From positions 312-64,311 of the forward strand of contig CAZTIV010000007.1 in assembly GCA_964613905.1 (NCBI GenBank): a DNA stretch of 64,000 nt, read 5' to 3'. Source of the stretch: an uncultured Gemmatimonadaceae bacterium. Lineage in GTDB: Bacteria > Gemmatimonadota > Gemmatimonadetes > Gemmatimonadales > GWC2-71-9. This document shows, in pieces, positions 37,689-44,591 of the stretch. Below the pieces are notes generated by a model. That model saw nothing but the letters and a program-made list of their open reading frames with translations. It searched no databases and was not told the DNA's origin. Position numbers and translations under genes: made by a program. Within the stretch, counting starts at the first letter, position 1. Each line of letters opens with the position of its first letter.

Positions 37689-37784
37689 CGCCGCGCCAGC
37701 ACCTCCTCGAACAACGCGATGGCCCGCGGATCACCCGACTGCGCCAACCAAAACATCGCCTTCTTCCGGACCTCGATGTCCTGA
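37422..37784 (+). pseudogene. Possible degenerate LuxR/GerE-type HTH ORF interrupted by a C11 tract
   Basis: TRQMDILQCLAKGLNHAETAKGVGLSSSCVKVLR-PPPP-RMGNDLDA resembles LTxREreVLqLlAqGlsnkEIAxxLgiSekTVKvHRxxImxKLxa. Several signature positions deviate and the tail has no family resemblance. Confidence 0.25.
37542..37552. repeat. Homopolymeric C11 (G11) tract
   Basis: Counted directly: a + 9 c (37541-37550) + 2 c (37551-37552). Confidence 0.95.
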
Positions 37785-38413
37785 TGGTTCCGCGCGATGT
37801 TGATCAGCGCGGGCACACCCTCGCGGCCCCTGAGCTGCGACAGCGCGAACACCGCCTGCTCCTGGATCTCCCGCTCGGTCGCGTCGTGCTCGATGAGCGC
37901 CGTGAGATCCGCGAGCGCCGCATCCTGCGCCGTCTGCCCCAGCCAGAAGATTGCCTCCCGCCGGGCGTTCCGTTCGACCGTCTCATCCCGCGCGATCGCA
38001 GCCAGCATGGGCCACACCGCCGCCGAGTCGGCAAACGTTGCCGCCGCGATGGCGCCCTTGATCCGAAGCCCGAGCAGAAACTCGGCCGCCTCCCGCGCGG
38101 GCACCACGCCCAGATCGGTGACGCCCGATTCGCGCTCGCGCCACCACCCGCCGATATACGTGTCCACCGACGACACCCGTCCACCAGCCATCTGCAGCGC
38201 CACCCGCACCGGTCCGGGCTCGCAGGCGCTTTCCCAGTCACGCGTATTGCTGATGGTGAACGTGTTGCGGCCGTTGCCGCACACGCCGGCGCGGGCGGCG
38301 AACGTCATCCTCACCTGTCCCTCCCCCGCCCGGGCCACCCGGTCCGCGAGTGTTTGCGCCATCGCGGACCCGGGCAGGACGAGCAAGCCGAGTATGAGCC
38401 CCCGGCGCCTCAT
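37685..38413 (-). CDS. Periplasmic HEAT-repeat protein (short)
   Basis: Signal peptide MRRRGLILGLLVLPGSAMA. Three repeats of the type RREAIFWLGQT, QEQAVFALSQL, VRKKAMFWLAQS. Confidence 0.75.
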   Translation of the reverse strand: MRRRGLILGLLVLPGSAMAQTLADRVARAGEGQVRMTFAARAGVCGNGRNTFTISNTRDWESACEPGPVRVALQMAGGRVSSVDTYIGGWWRERESGVTDLGVVPAREAAEFLLGLRIKGAIAAATFADSAAVWPMLAAIARDETVERNARREAIFWLGQTAQDAALADLTALIEHDATEREIQEQAVFALSQLRGREGVPALINIARNHQDIEVRKKAMFWLAQSGDPRAIALFEEVLARR

Positions 38414-39867
38414 CGGTTGATGATCTCCAGCAGGAACTCCGCCACCCTGGGGTCGCGCGACTGGCCCAGCCAGAAGATCGCGTTGCGTCTGAGCCCGGCA
38501 TCAGTCTCGGTGCGGGCTATCTCCATCAACTGGTCCACCGCCTCCGGCTCGCGCCGCTGCGAGTACACGAAGATGAGATGTTCCCTGAGCGCCCGATCCA
38601 ATGCGTGTTCGTACATCGCGGTGAGATCACCAATGGGCAGATTGCGCACCTCGCCCGCCCAGAAGAGCGCATTCTTGCGCAGTTCGATATCCTCTCTCGG
38701 GTTCTGTGCAATCCCCAGGAGCCAGCGGGCGTTCTCCTGGAACCCCATCTGCGCCACGGAGAACAGGACCCGTTCCTTGAGCTTCGGGCTGTTGGTACGG
38801 GTGTAGAACTGCCGCAGGAACTCGGCGTTTTCGGCCGAGCGCCGCTGACCGAGCCAGAAGATCACCTCTCCCTTGAGGTCTTCCGATGCGTCCGGCCGCT
38901 CGAGGTAGTTACGCAGCGCGACCGCAGCCCTCGGGTTCCGCTGCTGCGACAGGGCAAAGATCGCCCGCTTCTGCAACGCCTCGTCACCGGCACGCTGGAG
39001 AATCGAGTCGAGCGCGGAGGAAGCCCGTTCGGTGTTGACCTGAGACAGCCAGAACACCGCCTGCTCGCGGACTTCGGCATCCGGATCGTGCCGAACCGTC
39101 GAAAGCAGGATGTCTTCCTTCTCATCCGAACGCTGCTGTGAGAGGATGAACACGGCCTTGCGCCGGAGGCACGCCGAACCCTCGTCTCGCCGCTCCAGCA
39201 CGGAGCGGAGTACCGGCACCGCCTGCTCAGCACGCATGGAGAGAAGAGCGCTCATGGCAATGTTGCGCTCGTCGTCTTCATCAGCGCACGGAGCCATTCC
39301 CATACGTGGCGGCCGGGGAGCCGTCGGTGGACGAGGGGTGCGGGGCGGGGGCGGAGCCGGAGCCACCGCTGCCGGCGGCCGCGGAGCGGTCGAAAACGAA
39401 GGGGGAGCCGGAGCAACCAAAGCCGCGCGCTCCGCGGCGCGCTGAGCGGCTTCGGCATCTCCCAACCGCGCGAGCTCGCCATCGATCCGCGCCTCGAGTT
39501 CCCGGCCGTCACGACGTGTCGGGGCATCCCGGTGCAATCGACCCTGCTGGGCCAGCAGACGGCGCGCCTGAACAAGCTGGTCGCGACCACCGATGCGGGA
39601 GCGGGCCAGCGCCTCCCAGTAGAAAGAATCCGCCACGTGAACGGAGCGGGGATGCCGTTGCCGGAGCACCTGGAACTGCTCCGCCGCACCCCGATAGTCG
39701 CCGGCGTTGAGCGCCACACGCGCAGCCCGGTAGAGCGAATCGGCCGGATCGTCCTGCAACCACAACCTGAGAACGGCTTCAGGAATCGACTGCTGTGAGT
39801 GGAGCGCTGCTCCCGGCACGGCTGCGAACAGGATGCTCAAAACCAGCATGTTGCGGATCGTCTTCAT
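38410..39867 (-). CDS. Periplasmic HEAT-repeat protein (long) with TPR-like N-terminus and Pro-rich linker
   Basis: Signal peptide. Eight repeats of the type (R/K)xxA(I/V/L)F(W/A/I)L(S/G)Q, e.g. VREQAVFWLSQ, LQKRAIFALSQ, LRRNAIFWLGQ. ATGA overlaps at both ends. Confidence 0.75.
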   Translation of the reverse strand: MKTIRNMLVLSILFAAVPGAALHSQQSIPEAVLRLWLQDDPADSLYRAARVALNAGDYRGAAEQFQVLRQRHPRSVHVADSFYWEALARSRIGGRDQLVQARRLLAQQGRLHRDAPTRRDGRELEARIDGELARLGDAEAAQRAAERAALVAPAPPSFSTAPRPPAAVAPAPPPPRTPRPPTAPRPPRMGMAPCADEDDERNIAMSALLSMRAEQAVPVLRSVLERRDEGSACLRRKAVFILSQQRSDEKEDILLSTVRHDPDAEVREQAVFWLSQVNTERASSALDSILQRAGDEALQKRAIFALSQQRNPRAAVALRNYLERPDASEDLKGEVIFWLGQRRSAENAEFLRQFYTRTNSPKLKERVLFSVAQMGFQENARWLLGIAQNPREDIELRKNALFWAGEVRNLPIGDLTAMYEHALDRALREHLIFVYSQRREPEAVDQLMEIARTETDAGLRRNAIFWLGQSRDPRVAEFLLEIINR

Positions 39868-40505
39868 GATCTTCCGACTCCTTCAGTGGCGAGCGCCGCC
39901 GGCCCGGCCATTGCCGACCGCAACTTGAGCAGCACGCCACGCTGTTGAATTCCCTGGTCAATGAACTCCAACTCATCATCCCGCCTGTCGACGGCGTACT
40001 GGGCAATCTGGATCAGCACCAGTTCGAGATCGTCCAGCAACTGCCTGATCGCGACATCCTCAGCCGCAGGCGAGTCGCGCAACAGCCGGGTCACCGCAAG
40101 CAGTCCTCGCGCCATCAACGCAAGGTCTTCCGCCTCGGCGCCGACTCGTCCGGTCCGGACATCCGATCGGAAGGCCGTGAGGAAGGTCTCCACCTGCCCC
40201 AGATGTTCCGCGGCCAGCAGCCGGTAGGCAAACGTGCCCTCTTCCTCGCTCACCGCCACTTCAGGCCCGGCTGAGGGCGGAGTTACACTCATCCGGCCGA
40301 GTCCGATCCCGAGCGCCAGGAGCGCCGCGATACCAACACCCCAGCGGGTCCAGCGCACCACTACACGGCGCGGACGCCCCCGGCGAAGGGCGCGGGCCGC
40401 CTCGATGCGGCGCCACATCTCCTCGCGCGGCGTCTCCGGTGGACGGTTGTAGTCTTCCGCCAGCCGGCGGATCGTGGCATCCATGCGTTCCTCGTTCTGC
40501 TTCAT
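39864..40505 (-). CDS. Membrane-anchored anti-sigma factor (putative)
   Basis: Sits immediately after the ECF sigma gene with an ATGA overlap when started at MKQNEERMD. Single TM WGVGIAALLALGIGLG with a helical periplasmic part. Confidence 0.6.
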   Translation of the reverse strand: MKQNEERMDATIRRLAEDYNRPPETPREEMWRRIEAARALRRGRPRRVVVRWTRWGVGIAALLALGIGLGRMSVTPPSAGPEVAVSEEEGTFAYRLLAAEHLGQVETFLTAFRSDVRTGRVGAEAEDLALMARGLLAVTRLLRDSPAAEDVAIRQLLDDLELVLIQIAQYAVDRRDDELEFIDQGIQQRGVLLKLRSAMAGPAALATEGVGRS

Positions 40506-41044
40506 ACGGCCCACTCCCCGGCGAATACCGCCAGCGCTTCCCTGAGCTTGGCCCGGGCCCGGGACAACTGGGCCTTGGACGTACCCACCTGCATTCCCAT
40601 GGCGGCGGCTATCTCCTCGTGCGTGTAACCCTCGACGTCGTGCATCAGGAATACCGTCCTGTACTTGTCGGAAAGCCCGTTGATCGCTTCGGTGAGCCTC
40701 GCCTTGAGGTCAGGTTCAGCGTGTCTTTCATGACCGCTCATCGGCTCGGCGGCTTCCATGCCGGTCTCCCTCTGCCGGAACCGTTTTACCTTCCGCATCA
40801 GGTTCAGCGCGACAGACGTGGCAATGCAGTGCAGCCAGGTCGAGAGCGCCGATTCTCCGCGAAAATCATCCAGCCGTTCGAAGGCCCGTACGAACGTCTC
40901 CTGCACGCAATCCTGGGCCAGATCGTCGCCGCCGAGCATCCGGTACGCGAGCCGGTAGACGCGGTCTACGTGCGCGTCGTACAGCTCACGTTCAGCCGCC
41001 GGGTCTCCGGCGAGCACTCGCTCAATCAGTTCGCGTTCGGTCAC
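40502..41044 (-). CDS. ECF-type RNA polymerase sigma-70 family factor
   Basis: GTG start. Region 2 DRVYRLAYRMLGGDDLAQDCVQETFVRAFERLDDFRGESALSTWLHCIA. Region 4 YRTVFLMHDVEGYTHEEIAAAMGMQVGTSKAQLSRARAKLREAL. Confidence 0.9.
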   Translation of the reverse strand: MTERELIERVLAGDPAAERELYDAHVDRVYRLAYRMLGGDDLAQDCVQETFVRAFERLDDFRGESALSTWLHCIATSVALNLMRKVKRFRQRETGMEAAEPMSGHERHAEPDLKARLTEAINGLSDKYRTVFLMHDVEGYTHEEIAAAMGMQVGTSKAQLSRARAKLREALAVFAGEWAV

Positions 41045-41138
41045 CGGAGTCCGTTGCGCTTGTTCCAGTTATGGGACACGGGTTTGGCGGGAAGGGTTGC
41101 ATGGGGCGACAGTCTGGGCGGGAGGGAGTGCCTCTCAA

Positions 41139-41963
41139 CTAGGATGTCCGCAGCACCCCCCGCACTACTGCCTCCAGGTCCCGCGCCACGGCAGCACCCG
41201 CCTCCAGCACTTCCTCGTGGGACAGGGCGGTGGGAGAGATCCCGGCGGCGAGGTTGGTAATGGTGGAGATGCCCAGCACGCGGAGACCGAGCGCCCGGGC
41301 CACAATTACCTCGGGCACAGTCGACATGCCGATGGCATCGGCCCCAAGTCGTTGCAGCATCCGCACTTCCGCGGGCGTTTCAAAGCTCGGGCCCAGCACC
41401 GCGGCGTACACGCCCTCGTGCATAGTGACCTTCTGCTCCAAAGCTACCCGCCAGGCGGCGGCTCTCAATGCAGGGTCATATGGTTGCGACATGTCCGGGA
41501 ACCGCTGTTCACCACCCACCACGGGACCGGCAAGCGGGGCCCTGAACATCAGATTGATGTGGTCTGCAATGATCATGAGGCACGGCGGCCGGAACGCCGG
41601 GTTGGTTCCACCCGCCGCGTTGGTCACGATCAGTACCTGGACGCCCAATGCCGCCATCATGCGGACCGGCAGAACCACTACCGATGAGTCACGTCCCTCA
41701 TAGAAGTGGATCCGCCCACGCTGCAGCAACACCGGACGCCCTTCGAGCCGGCCCGCCACGAACTCCCCGCCGTGTCCCTGTACCGTGGGAAGTGGCAGAC
41801 CGGGGATCTCGTTGTATGAGATCCGAACCGCGTTATCAACACGCTCCGCCAGGCTACCGAGCCCCGACCCCAGCACGATGCCCACCTCGGGAACGAAGCT
41901 TCGGAGCCGCTCGGCAACAGCACCTGCGGCTTCCTCCACACCGCCGACTGTGTCTGCAGCCAT
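41139..41963 (-). CDS. punA: Purine nucleoside phosphorylase (PunA/trimeric-type)
   Basis: In ORF 41139..42269 from MAADTVGG. GIVLGSGLG, GHGGEFVAG, RIHFYEG, LIVTNAAGG, LGPSFETPAEVRMLQRLGADAIGMSTVPEV. Confidence 0.9.
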   Translation of the reverse strand: MAADTVGGVEEAAGAVAERLRSFVPEVGIVLGSGLGSLAERVDNAVRISYNEIPGLPLPTVQGHGGEFVAGRLEGRPVLLQRGRIHFYEGRDSSVVVLPVRMMAALGVQVLIVTNAAGGTNPAFRPPCLMIIADHINLMFRAPLAGPVVGGEQRFPDMSQPYDPALRAAAWRVALEQKVTMHEGVYAAVLGPSFETPAEVRMLQRLGADAIGMSTVPEVIVARALGLRVLGISTITNLAAGISPTALSHEEVLEAGAAVARDLEAVVRGVLRTS

Positions 41964-41965
41964 TT

Positions 41966-43345
41966 CTATACGAGCATCCCCGCCAGGCTGGCGCTCATGA
42001 ACGCCGCCAGATTCCCACCGATCATGGCCTTGAGCCCCAGTCTTGAGAGATCGCTTCGCCGTTCCGGGGCGATGCCGCCGATTCCGCCGATCTGGATGGC
42101 AATCGACGAGAAGTTGGCAAACCCCAGGAGGGCATACGTCGCTATCACCGCGCTGCGAGGCGACAGCTGGCCCGCTTCCATGGTGCCAGCCAGCTGGAGG
42201 TACGCCACGAACTCGTTGACCACCGTCTTGACGCCTATCAGCGCGCCCACCGAACCGGCGTCGGCCCACGAGACCCCCATGAGCCAGGCCAGCGGAGCCA
42301 GCACCCAGCCGAAGATCCGCTCGAGCGAGAGATCGGCCGCGCCGACGGCGGCGCCGAGTGAGCCCACACCCCAGTTGATCATCGCTATCAAAGCGATGAA
42401 GGCGAGCAGCATGGCCGCCACGTTGAGTGCCAGCTTGAGGCCCTGGGCCGCTCCGGCTGCCGCCGCCTCGATCACGTTTACTTCCTTGCGCTCGATCTCG
42501 ATCTTCAGCGTTCCTTTGGTGAGCGGCTCGCCCACTTCAGGCATGAGGATCTTGGAAATCACGAGCGCTGCGGGCGCGTTCATTACACTCGCCGTGAGCA
42601 GATGCCCCGCGATATCCGGGAAGTAGGGGGAGAGCATGCCCACGTACGCCGCGAGCACTCCCCCAGCGATGGTTGCAAACCCACCCACCATGACCGTGTT
42701 CAGTTCGGAGATGGTCATGGTTCCCACAAACGGCTTGATAAGCAGCGGAGCCTCCGTCTGGCCCACAAAGATGTTGCCGGTCGCGGAGAGCGTCTCGGCA
42801 CCGGAGGTGCCGAGCAACCGTTGAATCACCCAGGCCATCCCCTTTACCACCCACTGCATCACCCCCAGGTAGTACAGCACGGACATCAACGAGGAGAAGA
42901 AGATGATTGTGGGCAGCACGCCGAAGGCGAAGTACGCTCCGGTGGCCGCCCATGCCTGCGGCTCGACCACCGGCGCCATGTCCGCCGGCGTGCCGACCGG
43001 TGTACCCACCGGTACGTTGTTACGCGCCAGGTTGCCGAAGATGAACCGCGCGCCCTGCTCGGTGAATCCGAGCAACCGGGTGAACAGCTGGTTGGCCCCG
43101 GAAAAGATGGCGCGGCCCAGATCGGTCTTCAGCACTATGACGCCGAACGTTGCCTGGAGCGCCACTCCAATCCCCACGAGCCGCCAGCTGATCTTCTTCC
43201 GGTTGGCGGACAGGAGCACGGCGATCGCCAGCATCGTCCCTATCCCCAGGAGACCCACGAGGCGTTCCACAAACGGCGTACTCAGGCCCTCGCGCGCCCC
43301 CGCCATCTGTTCGGCCGCGGTCTGCAGCAACCACATCCCGGTCAT
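41966..43345 (-). CDS. nupC: NupC/CNT family concentrative nucleoside transporter
   Basis: GNIFVGQTEAPLLIKPF, MTISELNTVMVGGFATIAGGVLAAY, LGFANFSSIAIQIGGIG. Confidence 0.88.
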   Translation of the reverse strand: MTGMWLLQTAAEQMAGAREGLSTPFVERLVGLLGIGTMLAIAVLLSANRKKISWRLVGIGVALQATFGVIVLKTDLGRAIFSGANQLFTRLLGFTEQGARFIFGNLARNNVPVGTPVGTPADMAPVVEPQAWAATGAYFAFGVLPTIIFFSSLMSVLYYLGVMQWVVKGMAWVIQRLLGTSGAETLSATGNIFVGQTEAPLLIKPFVGTMTISELNTVMVGGFATIAGGVLAAYVGMLSPYFPDIAGHLLTASVMNAPAALVISKILMPEVGEPLTKGTLKIEIERKEVNVIEAAAAGAAQGLKLALNVAAMLLAFIALIAMINWGVGSLGAAVGAADLSLERIFGWVLAPLAWLMGVSWADAGSVGALIGVKTVVNEFVAYLQLAGTMEAGQLSPRSAVIATYALLGFANFSSIAIQIGGIGGIAPERRSDLSRLGLKAMIGGNLAAFMSASLAGMLV

Positions 43346-44364
43346 CCGGTCTCCTCGAGTTCCGCAACGGTTCTGGCTACGAGCGTACGACGCTCGTCTT
43401 CGGGAAGGAAGGCGTGCTCAAACGCATTCAGGATCAGGCGTTTCAGATCGTCCTGCGTGAATCCCATCCGGGTGTGAGCCGCAAGGAGTTCGTCGGTCAG
43501 CGTTATGCCGTCCATCAGCCGGCTGTCGGTATTGATCGTCACAACCAGGCCGGCGTCAAAGTACCGCTTGAGGGGATGCTCGTCCAACGAGGGGACCGTA
43601 CGGGTGTGAACGTTGGATGTGGGACACATTTCCAGCGGCACGCCTCGCCCGCGAACCTCCGCGAGCAGGTCAGGATCTTCGGCCAGACGGACGCCGTGGC
43701 CCAGGCGCCGCGCGCCGACTGCCAACGCACCTCTGATCGATTCCGCCCCGTCGCCTTCACCCGCGTGGCAGGTGAGTGCCAGACCGCGGGAACCCGCATA
43801 CTCGAACGCCGCCAGGTGCGCACCGGGCTCGAAACCCCGCTCAACGCCGGCCAGGTCGAACCCCACCACACCATCTCCCACGTAGTCCGCGGCTGCGTGA
43901 GCCAGGTCGACTGATACGGTGGGGGGGAGCGTACGGAGCGCGGATATGATCACGCGTGCAATGACGCCGGTTTCCGCCTCCCCCCGCTTCAGACCGGCAA
44001 GCACAGAGTCGATGGCCTGTGCGATCGTAAGCTCGGGCGTGTGCAGTGCCGGACAGTAGCGCACCTCAACGTAGCGGACATTGTCCGACGCGGCATCAAG
44101 CACGAACTCGTATGCGATCCGTTCCATGGCGGCGGCCGTACGCATCACCGAAAGGGTAACCGTGTAGCGCTGGAGGTATTCCTCGAGACTCCGGGCCTCC
44201 CTCACCAGCATGTAGGCTGCGAGAGCAGCCGGGGCGGTCGCTGGCAGGCTGACACCCTGCTCGGCGGCGAGATCGAGCATCGTACCCGGCCTCAAGCAGC
44301 CATCCAGATGTACGTGTATCTCCGCCTTGGGAAGGCGTTGGACGTCTTTTCTTGTGAGGGTCAC
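43342..44364 (-). CDS. add: Adenosine deaminase
   Basis: LPKAEIHVHLDGCLRP, TCHAGE, LGHGV, VVTINTDSRLM. GTGA and ATGA overlaps with its neighbours. Confidence 0.92.
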   Translation of the reverse strand: MTLTRKDVQRLPKAEIHVHLDGCLRPGTMLDLAAEQGVSLPATAPAALAAYMLVREARSLEEYLQRYTVTLSVMRTAAAMERIAYEFVLDAASDNVRYVEVRYCPALHTPELTIAQAIDSVLAGLKRGEAETGVIARVIISALRTLPPTVSVDLAHAAADYVGDGVVGFDLAGVERGFEPGAHLAAFEYAGSRGLALTCHAGEGDGAESIRGALAVGARRLGHGVRLAEDPDLLAEVRGRGVPLEMCPTSNVHTRTVPSLDEHPLKRYFDAGLVVTINTDSRLMDGITLTDELLAAHTRMGFTQDDLKRLILNAFEHAFLPEDERRTLVARTVAELEETG

Positions 44365-44591
44365 GAGGCGTTGCCCGTCTGCCGCCGTGCGCTTCTGATG
44401 ACCCGGAGAATCGCCCCTGGTGTAAGCAGTGTTGCCGGATCGATGGGCCTGCCCACGCCGTCCGTCACGTAAACGGCCGCCCCGAGTTGAGCGGCCAGTT
44501 CCGCATCCCCCGCTTCCACGGCCTCCTGAACGGTCGATCCGGAGGGCAAGCTGACCGGCCGTTCGTTCACGTACACAAGCAGGTCACTCAA
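44361..44591 (-). CDS. ThiS/MoaD-like beta-grasp small protein lacking a C-terminal Gly-Gly
   Basis: LLVYVNERPVSLPSGSTVQEAVEAG...AAVYVTDGVGRPIDPATLLTPGAILRVI follows the ThiS pattern (VNg..v.l..g.Tv..l ... v.vN...v....l..Gd.i.v) but ends RSARRQTGNAS. TTG start overlaps the upstream stop. Confidence 0.5.
   Translation of the reverse strand: MSDLLVYVNERPVSLPSGSTVQEAVEAGDAELAAQLGAAVYVTDGVGRPIDPATLLTPGAILRVIRSARRQTGNAS

Noticed and set aside
41045-41070. GGAAC (-35-like ECF promoter element, minus strand 41066-41062) upstream of the ECF sigma gene
   Set aside because: It lies only 17 nt before the GTG start, leaving no room for a -10 element and transcription start. It is probably coincidental, and the real autoregulated promoter is not evident.
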